Origin: Candidatus Eremiobacteria bacterium
Lineage (GTDB): Bacteria; Vulcanimicrobiota; Vulcanimicrobiia; Vulcanimicrobiales; Vulcanimicrobiaceae
Assembly (NCBI GenBank): GCA_963737065.1
Contig: CAVTRC010000001.1
Location: 1,664,001-1,728,000 of the forward strand
Direction: 5' to 3'
DNA length: 64,000 bases
The stretch's first letter is position 1; each line of letters starts with the position of its first letter. The translations under genes and the position numbers were made by a program. Positions 1 through 9,719 of this stretch are shown piece by piece. The notes beneath the pieces were generated by a model. The model did no database searches. It had not been told where the DNA came from and was given only the letters and a program-made list of their open reading frames with translations.

Positions 1-453
1 GCCGTACGCTTTTCCAACCTTCATGATGATGCCGAGCACCGTCGGATGAACGTGCATGTGGTTTTGCGCGTTGACGTGATCCAGCACCAGTCCGGTTGCA
101 GCGAACGCGTCGAACTGGGCGCGAATCTCGTCTTCGAGTTGCGCTCGCACGCCGGGCCGGAAAAAGAAATTGATGCCCGCGCCGGCAAGGCCGGTTGCGA
201 ACTCTCCATTGCGATCTACGAGGAATGGAACGCGTTCGGCCGGCAGTTTCGGCCGTCCGTTGACGAGTACGACGTGCAGCCCGACGTGGAGATTCGGAAG
301 CGCGCGCGCTCGGCGCACGGCATCAGCCGCCGCCGGTGCGGCGACCATCAAGCTCGTCGCGTTCAGGATGCCGTTGCGATGCGCTACCTCGACCGCTTCA
401 TTGACCTCTTCGGAAATACCGAAGTCGTCCGCGCTGATGATGACCTCACGCAT
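1..453 (-). CDS. hpnK: Hopanoid biosynthesis-associated protein HpnK (ChbG/YdjC family), 3' end beyond the window
   Basis: Manual minus-strand translation from ATG 453: MREVIISADDFGISEEVNEAVEVAHRNGILNATSLMV...VGLHVVLVNG...LDHVNAQNHMHVHPTV. ADDFG and H-x-H-x-H motifs present; adjacent to the hpn cluster. Not in the ORF track because it has no stop in the window. Confidence 0.9.
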   Translation of the reverse strand, partial: MREVIISADDFGISEEVNEAVEVAHRNGILNATSLMVAAPAAADAVRRARALPNLHVGLHVVLVNGRPKLPAERVPFLVDRNGEFATGLAGAGINFFFRPGVRAQLEDEIRAQFDAFAATGLVLDHVNAQNHMHVHPTVLGIIMKVGKAYG

Positions 454-730
454 TGCGTGGAATGGTACGCACGCGCTCCGCATAACCGAAATCAATACAT
501 GCTCGCCGTTCGGGACGCGCGGTCGGTTCCGCTTCAGCAAAACGCGCGAGCATGACGCCTGCGTTACGTTCGGTGTGCAGCGCCGCCGTCCAGACGGGAA
601 CCCGTCGCAAGCGTGCTAGCTCCGCCTCGCTCAGATCGGGCCACCGAAGCTCGGGCGGGTCCCTCTGAACGTGGGACGAAAGGAAAGAACGGCAAAACAG
701 CTCCTCGTGTTTTTCTGAACCGGCGCGCAT
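446..730 (-). pseudogene. Truncated ferritin-like domain protein of the hopanoid-cluster type
   Basis: MRAGSEKHEELFCRSFLSSH...WPDLSEAELARLRRVPVWTAALHTERNAG resembles the N-terminus of longer ferritin-like proteins (GSxxHxELFC). Resemblance ends at AEAEP, before the expected EExRH motif, and the ORF stops at ~94 aa. Confidence 0.6.
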
Positions 731-787
731 CGCGTTCACCTCGTCGTGAGTTACTCCGCCTCGATAAGTAAAGAGGGAACATACGCA

Positions 788-1843
788 TTGATCCTATCCA
801 AGGCTTTGCCCCGTTCTTCACAGGCGTCCAGAGCCGAGCCCGACATCCTCAACCGCCACCGCTCCCTCATCGGCGAGTATCTTCGCACGAATACCGCGCT
901 TCCTTCGCGGACGTTCTCGGGCGCGATGTCGAGTTACCACATGGGCTGGACCGACACCGCCGGGCGTCCTGCATCCGAAGTGCATGGAAAATTCGTTCGC
1001 CCCGCGCTCTGCGTCTGGGCGTGCGAAGCCGTCGGCGGATCGACGAACGAAGCTCTACCGGTTGCGGCGGCAATCGAATGGATTCACAACTTCACGCTCG
1101 TGCACGACGATATTCAAGACGGCGATCGCGAGCGCCGAGGACGCGAAGCGGTCTGGTCGGTCTGGGGCGTCGGTCAAGGCGTGAACGCCGGCGATGCGAT
1201 GTTTGCGCACGCAACCGCACAACTCACGCAAAGTCACGGCGACGCAGCGCGCACGCTGCGCGTGCTTCGTGTGATCTCGCTTGCAACGTTGGAAGTGATT
1301 GAAGGACAATGCCGGGATCTTCAGTTGGAAGGCCGGTTGGATGTTTCGCCGCTCACGTATCTGCGTATGGTGCGCGCGAAGACGGGCGCGCTCTTAGGCG
1401 CGACGCTCGAGGCGGGTGCAATGATCGGTGGAGCGAGCAATGATGACCTTCGTCTTTTTCGGCTCGCTGGACGACTGCTTGGAACGGCGTTCCAAATGCG
1501 CGACGATTGGCTTGGATTTTGGGGCGATCCCGCACTCACCGGTAAGTCTGCGACGAGCGACGCGAACCGGCACAAGATGAGCTACCCGATCGTTGCGGCG
1601 CATCGCGTAATGTCGCCGCTGCAACGCCGGCGCTTGCGTGAGGTGTTTGAGAACACAAGTAGTGAGGCGGAGCCGCGTCTGCGAGAGCTATTGGAAGCGA
1701 CGGGAGGCGCGGCGCTGACGCGCGACGACCCGCAGCGCTATGCCGAAAAGGCTGTCGCAGCATTGGACAGAACGCGTCTCTCTGCCGAATCACTGGAAGC
1801 TTTCGAGGCGGTGGCCGATTACGTTTCCACCAGAAGCCGGTAA
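788..1843 (+). CDS. Polyprenyl diphosphate synthase (FPP/GGPP synthase)
   Basis: GKxxRP, FARM LVHDDIQDGD, KTG and SARM FQMRDD motifs. TTG 788 follows GAGGG; the ORF is open from 746. Confidence 0.92.
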   Translation: MILSKALPRSSQASRAEPDILNRHRSLIGEYLRTNTALPSRTFSGAMSSYHMGWTDTAGRPASEVHGKFVRPALCVWACEAVGGSTNEALPVAAAIEWIHNFTLVHDDIQDGDRERRGREAVWSVWGVGQGVNAGDAMFAHATAQLTQSHGDAARTLRVLRVISLATLEVIEGQCRDLQLEGRLDVSPLTYLRMVRAKTGALLGATLEAGAMIGGASNDDLRLFRLAGRLLGTAFQMRDDWLGFWGDPALTGKSATSDANRHKMSYPIVAAHRVMSPLQRRRLREVFENTSSEAEPRLRELLEATGGAALTRDDPQRYAEKAVAALDRTRLSAESLEAFEAVADYVSTRSR

Positions 1844-2900
1844 CGTCAACGAGACCGGCACCCCGGTTGACGACACGCGTTCGCGCAAAGGCGCGCATTT
1901 GCGGATCAACCTTGAAGAAGACGTTTCATCCAAAGGAATTGCATCGGGCTTCGACGCGTATTCGTTCGTGCACAATGCGTTGCCCGAGATGGATATCGAC
2001 GACGTCGATACATCGGCGACGATCTTCGGAAGGACGCTGCGTGCACCGATCCTGATCTCGTGCATGACGGGCGGAACGATACAAGCCCGACGCTTCAATC
2101 GCGTCCTCGCGCGCGCGGCGCAAGATCGCCGGCTCGCGATGGGCCTCGGCTCGGGGCGCGCGCTGCTCGAACATCCTGAAGTCATCGACACGTTCGATGT
2201 ACGGTCGCTCGCACCCGACGTGCTGCTGCTGGCGAACCTCGGAGCGGTGCAATTGAACAAAGGCTACGACGTCGAGGATTGCCGGCGTCTCGTTTCGATG
2301 TTGCGCGCGGACGCACTCGTGCTGCACTTGAATCCACTGCAAGAAGCCTTGCAACCCGACGGGGATACGGACTTTCGCGGATTGCTCGGAAAAATCGAAA
2401 CGATGTGCGAACGCATGGACGTCCCGGTCGTCGTAAAAGAAGTCGGATGGGGCATTGCCGGCGATCTCGTGCGCAGGCTCTTCGATGCCGGCGTCAGCGC
2501 GATCGACGTCGCGGGTGCGGGTGGAACCTCGTGGAGCGAGGTCGAGCGCCATCGCCTCGCGGAGCCGTGGCGCGCGCGCGTCGCTGCCGCGTTCGCCGGT
2601 TGGGGAATTCCGACCGCGCGGTGCCTGCAAACGGCGCGCGCCATCGCACCGAAGCAGTTGCTCTTTGCGAGCGGCGGGCTGCGAGACGGTATGGATGTGG
2701 CGAAAGCGATCGCGCTGGGCGCCGATCTCGCCGGGATGGCCGGTCCGTTCCTCCGTGCCGCGGCCGGCGGCCACGATGCGGTGATCGAAAAGGCGCGTGA
2801 GATGACCGAGGTTTTGCGGATCGCGATGTTTGCGACGGGTGCGCGAACGCTCGTCGATCTTCGCGGTACGCTCGCGCGAAAGACTGAGGCGTCGACGTGA
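1740..2900 (+). CDS. fni: Type 2 isopentenyl-diphosphate delta-isomerase (start uncertain)
   Basis: RKxxH, CMTGG, NLGAVQL, HLNPLQE, KEVGWG, GAGGTSW and ASGGLR motifs. Confidence 0.93.
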   Translation: MPKRLSQHWTERVSLPNHWKLSRRWPITFPPEAGNVNETGTPVDDTRSRKGAHLRINLEEDVSSKGIASGFDAYSFVHNALPEMDIDDVDTSATIFGRTLRAPILISCMTGGTIQARRFNRVLARAAQDRRLAMGLGSGRALLEHPEVIDTFDVRSLAPDVLLLANLGAVQLNKGYDVEDCRRLVSMLRADALVLHLNPLQEALQPDGDTDFRGLLGKIETMCERMDVPVVVKEVGWGIAGDLVRRLFDAGVSAIDVAGAGGTSWSEVERHRLAEPWRARVAAAFAGWGIPTARCLQTARAIAPKQLLFASGGLRDGMDVAKAIALGADLAGMAGPFLRAAAGGHDAVIEKAREMTEVLRIAMFATGARTLVDLRGTLARKTEAST

Positions 2901-3736
2901 ACGAACTGCGCTCGGCGGACGCGTACTGCCGGCTACTCTCGCGGGCACACTACGAGAACTTCATCGTCGCAGCACCTTTTCTCGATGCGCGAACCCGGAC
3001 GGATCTTGCGCGCATCTACGGATTCTGCCGGACCACCGACGACCTCGGCGACGAAAGCGGCAGTGAAGGCGAACAACGCCTCGCGCGCTGGCGCGACGAA
3101 GTGATCGCGACGTTTGCCGGCCGGTTACCCGTTCATCCCGTCCTCTACGCGCTCCGCGAAACGATCGTGCGGCGTGCGTTGAGCGCGCAGCCCTTTTTCG
3201 ATCTCATCGAAGCGAACCTGCAGGATCAGCGCGTATCATCGTATCCGACGTGGGCGGACCTCGATGCGTACTGCGCGCTTTCGGCCGCTCCCGTCGGACG
3301 AATGGTATTGGAAGTATTCGGCTTGACGAGTGCGCTTGCACAACGGTTGTCGGACGATGTCTGCGTCGGGCTGCAGCTTGCCAATCACGCGCAGGACGTC
3401 AGCCGTGACGCGAAACTCGGACGCACGTATCTCGTCGGCAGCGATATTGCGACGAACGGCGTGCGCGGCGCCGTTGAAGCGATGGTTGCACGTGCGCGGC
3501 GTTTGCTCGAGTCGGGCCGCAGTTTGGAAGCGATGGCGCCGCCCGTATTGCGCATGCAGCTTGCGCTCTATCGTCGCGGCGGCGTTGCGATCTGCGATGA
3601 GATTGCGGCAGTGCAGTACCGTACGGACGTGCAGCGGCCGCACGTCGCCGCAAAAAAGAAGCTGATGCTGCTTAGCGGCGTGATGATGGAAACGCTGCGA
3701 CCGCGAACGCAGGTGCGCGATGCTGCGGCTACCTGA
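2897..3736 (+). CDS. hpnC: Squalene synthase HpnC (hydroxysqualene synthase)
   Basis: HYENF, IYGFCRTTDDLGDE, YCALSAAPVGR and LQLANHAQDV motifs. Confidence 0.9.
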   Translation: MNELRSADAYCRLLSRAHYENFIVAAPFLDARTRTDLARIYGFCRTTDDLGDESGSEGEQRLARWRDEVIATFAGRLPVHPVLYALRETIVRRALSAQPFFDLIEANLQDQRVSSYPTWADLDAYCALSAAPVGRMVLEVFGLTSALAQRLSDDVCVGLQLANHAQDVSRDAKLGRTYLVGSDIATNGVRGAVEAMVARARRLLESGRSLEAMAPPVLRMQLALYRRGGVAICDEIAAVQYRTDVQRPHVAAKKKLMLLSGVMMETLRPRTQVRDAAAT

Positions 3737-4595
3737 ACGCGAACGCGACCCGCTGCGCGAAGCGGAACGCTTTTGCCGCGACATGGCGCGCCGCGAAGCG
3801 AAGAATTTCTACTGGGGGTTCATTTCGCTGCCGTACGATCAGCGGGTGGCCATCTATGCGCTCTACGATTTCGCGCGCGAAATCGACGACGAAGCGGATG
3901 ACGGCCCGTCCGATCCCGCGGTCGTTACGGCGCGCCTGCAAGTTCATCGTGCGCGCATTCGGCGCGCCGTCGCCGGCCAATATGATGATCACGTCATGCA
4001 CGTGCTCTCGCGTGCCATCGAACGCTATGGAATTCCGCAAGCCGAGCTGATGATGCTGATCGACGGCGTCGAATGCGACTTGACGAAGAAGCGCTACGGC
4101 ACGTGGAACGAATTACGCGATTATTGCACCCTCGTCGCCTCCGTGGTGGGCCGGATGTGCGTTCGCATCTTTGGATTCACCGATCGCGTAGCGCTCGAGC
4201 GCGCCGATGATCTGGGGCGCGCGCTGCAGTTGACGAACATTCTCCGCGACGTGCGCGAAGATGCGGGACTCGGACGTGTCTACCTCCCGCAGGAAGATCT
4301 CGAACGCTTCCGCGTCAGTGAAGTTACGTTCGCGGACGGCGAAGCGAGCGCGCGGTGGAACGAACTCGTCGCTTTTGAAACGCATCGCGCGCGGACGCTT
4401 TTCGAGAGCGGCTACGAAGTATTGAACTACATCCCGCGGCGAAGCGCCGTGTGCGTTCAGACTATGGCGGGCATTTACGAACGCATCCTCGAGAAAATCG
4501 AGCGCAATCCCGAGTTGCCGCTGCGCGAACGCGCGCGCTTAACGCGAACCGAGAAGCTTCAGGTGATGATCGGATCGTGGCTGCGCGTCGGGTAG
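3720..4595 (+). CDS. hpnD: Presqualene diphosphate synthase HpnD
   Basis: NFYWGF, YDFAREIDDEAD and LQLTNILRDVRED...GRVYLP motifs. Confidence 0.9.
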   Translation: MLRLPERERDPLREAERFCRDMARREAKNFYWGFISLPYDQRVAIYALYDFAREIDDEADDGPSDPAVVTARLQVHRARIRRAVAGQYDDHVMHVLSRAIERYGIPQAELMMLIDGVECDLTKKRYGTWNELRDYCTLVASVVGRMCVRIFGFTDRVALERADDLGRALQLTNILRDVREDAGLGRVYLPQEDLERFRVSEVTFADGEASARWNELVAFETHRARTLFESGYEVLNYIPRRSAVCVQTMAGIYERILEKIERNPELPLRERARLTRTEKLQVMIGSWLRVG

Positions 4596-5896
4596 CAATC
4601 GTCGGCGGCGGTCTCGCGGGACTAGCGGCTGCGCTCGAATTGAAGGAACGCGGATGGAGCGTCGAGATTTTCGAGCGCAGCCGATTACTCGGCGGGCGCG
4701 CGACGTCATTCGAGATCGACGGACACGAGGTCGATAACGGCCAGCACGTCTTTTTGGCATGCTGCAGCGAATTCATCGACTTCGTCGAGCGCATCGGCAT
4801 GGCCGCTCACCTGCATTTGCAGGAGCGTTTCGACGTTGTCGCGCTTTCAAAATCGGGCGTACGCAGCCGGCTGCGCGCGGCGTCGCTTCCCGCACCGCTG
4901 CACTTGGTGGCGTCGTTCATGGGCTATCGCCACATGCGCTGGCCCGCGCGCTTGCAAGTCGCGTATGCATTGACGAAAATCCGTGGAGCACTGCACTCGC
5001 AGGAAAGTTTTTCGCGTTGGCTCACGCGGCACGGACAAAGCGCGGAGGCAATCAACGCGTTTTGGCATCCGTTCGTCGTGCCCGCCCTCAACGCATCGCT
5101 CGAGCGGGTAACGGCGGCGGACGCGGCGTTCGTCATCGTCAACGCGTTTTTACACGACGCGGACGCCGCCCGGTTTGGATGGACGACGATTCCGCTGGAA
5201 CACATCATGCGAGCCGCGGCGCGATGCGCGGATGCCATCCATCTTTCGACCGCCGTGTTGACGATCGATGTGGCGGCGAACGGCGAAGTGGCGCTGCATA
5301 CTGCAAGCGACGCACGTCGATTCGACGCCGTTGTTTTAGCCGTGCCGCCGCCGCAGCTCGCGCGACTTCTCGGTAATACCAAGCGTTTCGGCCTTTCCGA
5401 TCTCGACCGTTTCGAAGCGCAGCCGATCGTCGACATTCACCTCCGGTACGAAGGCGCGTCGCTTCCGTTCGACTTTGGCGCGCTCATCGATTCGCCGGTG
5501 CAGTGGATATTCCAAAAAAGTGACGGCTATCTCTGCTGTAGCGTCAGCGCCGCGGATCGCTACATGGCTATGCAAACCGAAGAGCTGACGTCGCTCGCGT
5601 GGAGCGAAGTCCGCGCAGCGGTTCCGGAGCTTTCACATGCCACGTTGCGCGCGCGTGCGGTGACGCGAAATCCGAACGCGACATATCTCGCGCAAGCGGG
5701 CATTGCACGACCGCAAGCGCGGACGCTGCAAAGCACGGTTGCGATTGCCGGTTCATGGACCGGCACGGGATGGCCCGATACGATGGAATCCGCGGTTCGC
5801 AGCGGACGCGAAGCAGCCCGCGCGCTGAACGACAAACCGCCCGCGAGCGTTTCGGCGCGCGGCGAAAACACCTATGAGGTCGCCACATTTGGTTGA
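4577..5896 (+). CDS. hpnE: Hydroxysqualene dehydroxylase HpnE (FAD-dependent)
   Basis: GGGLAGLAAA Rossmann motif, LGGRATSF, VDNGQHV and WPDTMESAVRSG; GTG 4577 in frame. Confidence 0.9.
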   Translation: MAARRVAIVGGGLAGLAAALELKERGWSVEIFERSRLLGGRATSFEIDGHEVDNGQHVFLACCSEFIDFVERIGMAAHLHLQERFDVVALSKSGVRSRLRAASLPAPLHLVASFMGYRHMRWPARLQVAYALTKIRGALHSQESFSRWLTRHGQSAEAINAFWHPFVVPALNASLERVTAADAAFVIVNAFLHDADAARFGWTTIPLEHIMRAAARCADAIHLSTAVLTIDVAANGEVALHTASDARRFDAVVLAVPPPQLARLLGNTKRFGLSDLDRFEAQPIVDIHLRYEGASLPFDFGALIDSPVQWIFQKSDGYLCCSVSAADRYMAMQTEELTSLAWSEVRAAVPELSHATLRARAVTRNPNATYLAQAGIARPQARTLQSTVAIAGSWTGTGWPDTMESAVRSGREAARALNDKPPASVSARGENTYEVATFG

Positions 5897-7781
5897 TGCG
5901 TTAGCGCGCGCGATCGACTGGCTGATCGAACGGCAAGCACCGGACGGCTGGTGGACCGGCGAGCTCGAGTCGAACGTCACGATGACCGCGGAACACGTGT
6001 TGATGCTGCGGTTTTTAGGCGTCGATCTCGCCCCCATCCGTGACGGCGCGGTCAAGCACATCTTAGCGGAACAACGCGGCGACGGATCGTGGTCGCAATA
6101 CTTCGACGGTCCCGCGGATTTGAGCACGACGATCGAAGCGTACGTCGCGCTGAAAGTGCTCGGCATCGATCCGCGACACGACGCGATGAGGAACGCGCGG
6201 CGACTCATCCTCAGCCTCGGCGGTTTGGTCAACGCGCGCGTGTTTACCAAGATTTGGCTTGCGCTCTTCGGGAAGTATCCATGGGACGGCGTACCGTCGC
6301 TGCCGCCGGAGATCGTGTTCTTTCCGCCTTGGATGCCGTTTAATTTGTACGGCTTTTCGTGCTGGGCGCGCGGTACGGTCGCTCCGCTCACGCTCGTCGT
6401 CACGCGTCGTCCGGTACGAGAACTCGGCGTCGACATCGATGAACTGATCGTCGACGGGACACAGAAGTCCATGCACTGCGTCACGCGTAACGGTTTCTTT
6501 GGCCGGCTCGATCGCGCGCTGAAGTGGTACGATCGTTTGCCGTTGCAGCCGTTTCGGGCACGCGCAATGCGCGAAACCGTGAAGTGGATCGTCGAACGCC
6601 AAGAAGCCGATGGGAGTTGGGGCGGTATACAGCCGCCGTGGGTCTATTCACTGATGGCGCTTCACAATGAAGGCTTTGCGCTCGACCACGCGGTGATGCG
6701 CCGCGGGCTTGCCGGCGTTAACGTCTTTGCGATCGATGATGAACGCGGCTGGCGCTTTCAAGCATGCATGTCGCCGGTGTGGGATACCGCATGGGCCGTT
6801 CGCGCGCTCGCTGCGGCGGGATTCCGTCGCAGCCATCCCGTAATGCAGCGCGCGATCGCGTGGCTCTTACGCGAACAGATCGCCGCCGATCAGTTCGGTG
6901 ATTGGCAAGTACAGTGCGCCGGCGTGCCAAATGGCGGTTGGGCATTCGAATTCGACAACGACATCTATCCCGATATCGACGACACGGCGGTCGTGGTGCT
7001 TTCATTGCTCGAAGGCGGCGATCGCGATGCCGTTGCCGGGGCCGTCGCTCGCGGCGTGCGCTGGACACTCTCGATGCGTTCGCGCAACGGCGCGTGGGCT
7101 GCGTTCGACCGCAACAATACGAGCGAACTCGTGTACAAAATTCCGTTCGCCGACTTCGGCGCGTTGACCGATCCCCCAAGCGAAGACGTGACCGCGCACG
7201 TGCTCGAGATGATGGGCGTGCTCGGCTACGACGAGACCGACGAACACGTCGCCTCGGGGCTGAAATATTTACGCAAAATGCAGCGGCCGAACGGATCGTG
7301 GTTTGGACGTTGGGGCGTGAACTACGTGTATGGAACGTGGTGCGTGATCTCGGCGCTGTACGCGTTGCGCACGGGCGACGACATGATCGCGCGCGGTGCG
7401 GACTGGCTCGAGCGCACGCAAAACGACGACGGCGGGTGGGGCGAAACGTGTCATTCGTATGTCGACGAATCGTTTGCAGCCGTGGGCGCGAGTACGGCAT
7501 CGCAGACGGCGTGGGCGGTGATTGCACTCCAGCTCGCCGGGCGAGGCAAGAGCGAGGCGGCGCAGCGCGGACTGCGCTATCTCGCTGCGGCCCAGCGACC
7601 GGACGGCACCTGGGACGAGCCGCATTTTACGGGAACGGGCTTTCCAGGTTACTTTTACATCAACTATCATCTCTACCGGCACCTGTTTCCGCTGATGGCG
7701 TTGGCCATGGACAGCAGTACGCCGGCCACCATTTCATTCGACGTACCTACCGAGCAACAGGAGTACCTTACACCGTCATGA
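5874..7781 (+). CDS. shc: Squalene-hopene cyclase
   Basis: Catalytic DIDDTA (DxDD) and several QxxDGxW repeats; GTGFPGYFYINYHLY near the C-terminus. Confidence 0.97.
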   Translation: MRSPHLVDALARAIDWLIERQAPDGWWTGELESNVTMTAEHVLMLRFLGVDLAPIRDGAVKHILAEQRGDGSWSQYFDGPADLSTTIEAYVALKVLGIDPRHDAMRNARRLILSLGGLVNARVFTKIWLALFGKYPWDGVPSLPPEIVFFPPWMPFNLYGFSCWARGTVAPLTLVVTRRPVRELGVDIDELIVDGTQKSMHCVTRNGFFGRLDRALKWYDRLPLQPFRARAMRETVKWIVERQEADGSWGGIQPPWVYSLMALHNEGFALDHAVMRRGLAGVNVFAIDDERGWRFQACMSPVWDTAWAVRALAAAGFRRSHPVMQRAIAWLLREQIAADQFGDWQVQCAGVPNGGWAFEFDNDIYPDIDDTAVVVLSLLEGGDRDAVAGAVARGVRWTLSMRSRNGAWAAFDRNNTSELVYKIPFADFGALTDPPSEDVTAHVLEMMGVLGYDETDEHVASGLKYLRKMQRPNGSWFGRWGVNYVYGTWCVISALYALRTGDDMIARGADWLERTQNDDGGWGETCHSYVDESFAAVGASTASQTAWAVIALQLAGRGKSEAAQRGLRYLAAAQRPDGTWDEPHFTGTGFPGYFYINYHLYRHLFPLMALAMDSSTPATISFDVPTEQQEYLTPS

Positions 7782-8785
7782 GCATGCCGCTGCGCCAACA
7801 ACTGGCCGTCGGATCGTACATTATGAGCAAGAAGCTCAAGGGCGAAAAGAAATATCCGCTCGTCCTCGAGCTGGAACCGCTCTTGCAGTGCAATCTCGCA
7901 TGTGCGGGCTGCGGAAAAATTTCGCATCCGACCGACATTTTGCGCCGCCGCTTGAGCGTCGAAGAATGCATTTCGGCGGTGGAAGAGTGCGGCGCACCGA
8001 TCGTCTCAGTCGCCGGCGGCGAACCGCTCGTGCACGAACAGATGCCGCAGATCGTACAAGCGCTGGTCGATCGCAAGAAGTTCGTCTTTCTCTGCACGAA
8101 CGCGCTGTTGCTCGAGAAGAAAATCCATCAGTACACGCCCTCTCCGTATTTCGCGTGGATGATTCACATGGACGGCTTGAAGGAACGGCACGATGAGTCG
8201 GTCTGCCGCGAAGGCGTGTTCGACAAAGCCGTTGCGGCGATCAAGGTGGCGAAGGAACGCGGCTTTCGCGTTTTCACGAATACGACGTTTTTCAACAAAG
8301 ACGATGCATCGTCGATTCGGGCGGTGCTGAATTATCTCAATGACGACTTGAAGGTCGACTCAATGCAGATCTCGCCCGCGTACGCGTACGAAAAGGCGCC
8401 GGATCAGGAGCATTTCTTGGGCGTGGAACAGACGCGGAAAGTCTTTCGTGAAGCATTCGCCGGCGGAGCGCGCAACCGTTGGCGGCTCAACCACAGTCCG
8501 GTATATCTCGACTTTCTCGAAGGAAAGGTCGACTTCGAGTGCACGCCGTGGGGCATTCCCTGCTACACCGTGTTCGGTTGGCAGCGTCCGTGTTACCTGA
8601 TGTCCGACGCGCCGTACGCGAAGACGTACAAGGAACTCATCGAGGAGACCGACTGGGACAAATACGGGCGCGGCAAGCATCCCAGCTGCGCGAATTGCAT
8701 GGCGCACTGCGGATACGAACCGACCGCGGTGTTGCGCACGACCGGGTCGGTGAAAGAGTCGATACGCGCCGCCATTGGCCGCTGA
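7778..8785 (+). CDS. hpnH: Adenosyl-hopene transferase HpnH (radical SAM)
   Basis: YPLVLELEPLLQCNLACAGCGK (CxxxCxxC), CTPWG and CANCMAHCGYE; ATG 7778 overlaps the shc stop. Confidence 0.95.
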   Translation: MSMPLRQQLAVGSYIMSKKLKGEKKYPLVLELEPLLQCNLACAGCGKISHPTDILRRRLSVEECISAVEECGAPIVSVAGGEPLVHEQMPQIVQALVDRKKFVFLCTNALLLEKKIHQYTPSPYFAWMIHMDGLKERHDESVCREGVFDKAVAAIKVAKERGFRVFTNTTFFNKDDASSIRAVLNYLNDDLKVDSMQISPAYAYEKAPDQEHFLGVEQTRKVFREAFAGGARNRWRLNHSPVYLDFLEGKVDFECTPWGIPCYTVFGWQRPCYLMSDAPYAKTYKELIEETDWDKYGRGKHPSCANCMAHCGYEPTAVLRTTGSVKESIRAAIGR

Positions 8786-9719
8786 CCGCGTATTCCTGAC
8801 GGGCGCGACCGGATTCGTCGGCGCGCACGTTCTTCGCGCGCTGCTCGAGCGCGGCTACGCCGTCCGCGCGCTCGTGCGCGATCCGGCCGTTATCCTGGGA
8901 CAATGCGAAACGGTTACGGGCGATCTGACGCGCGCCGGTGAACTCGTCCGCGCGTTGCGGGATTGCAGGTACGTGATGCACTGCGCGGCGCTCTATTCGT
9001 TTACACCGCGCGACCGCCCGATGTTGCACGCCGTTAATGTGAAAGGTACGGCCGGTCTTCTCATGGCGGCCCATCACGCCGGCGTTGAGCGTGCGGTCGT
9101 GACGTCGAGTTCCGCGACGCTCGGTGTTGCGGCGGTAACGCGTCGCGACGACTATCACGCGTCCAAACTGCTGCAAGAACACGAAGCGTTTTCCGCGCGC
9201 GTTCCGGTCGTTGCGGTGTTGCCGACGGCGCCGGTTGGGCCCGGTGACTGGAAGCCGACGCCGACCGGCAAGATGATTCTCGATTTTGCGCGCGGCGCGA
9301 TGTTCGCGAAGCCGCCCGGACAGGGCGGTATGAACCTCGTCGCCGTCGAGGACGTCGCGGACGCGCACGTGTCGGCGCTCGAACGCGGCCGCCCCGGCGA
9401 ACGCTATGTTGCGGGCGGCGAGAACTTCAGCTTCGACCGGTTGTGGGAGCTGCTCGCGGAACTGACGGGACGCAGCGTTCCATCATTCCGCGCGCCGTAC
9501 GCGCTCGCGCTTGCGGTCGCGTACGTCGATGAAGCACGCTGCCGCGTCGTTCCGGGCGCGCGTCCGTTCGCGCCGTTGGAAGGTGTGCACATGGCGCGCC
9601 GGCGCATGTTCGCCGATTCGTCGAAAGCGATCCACGAACTCGATTACCGCCCGCGTTCCGTGCGCGCGGCGCTCAAACGCGCTCTCGACTGGTATCGCGC
9701 TCACGGCTACTGTTCGTGA
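8775..9719 (+). CDS. hpnA: Hopanoid-associated NAD-dependent epimerase HpnA
   Basis: TGATGFVG, YxxSK and PVGPGDWKPTPTG motifs. Confidence 0.88.
   Translation: MAADRVFLTGATGFVGAHVLRALLERGYAVRALVRDPAVILGQCETVTGDLTRAGELVRALRDCRYVMHCAALYSFTPRDRPMLHAVNVKGTAGLLMAAHHAGVERAVVTSSSATLGVAAVTRRDDYHASKLLQEHEAFSARVPVVAVLPTAPVGPGDWKPTPTGKMILDFARGAMFAKPPGQGGMNLVAVEDVADAHVSALERGRPGERYVAGGENFSFDRLWELLAELTGRSVPSFRAPYALALAVAYVDEARCRVVPGARPFAPLEGVHMARRRMFADSSKAIHELDYRPRSVRAALKRALDWYRAHGYCS

Noticed and set aside
46..555. 169-aa plus-strand ORF
   Set aside because: Antisense shadow of hpnK, which has clear family motifs on the minus strand.
6902..7777. Long N-terminal extension of the hpnH ORF (627 aa)
   Set aside because: Arg-rich alternate-frame overlap with shc; the real start is ATG 7778.
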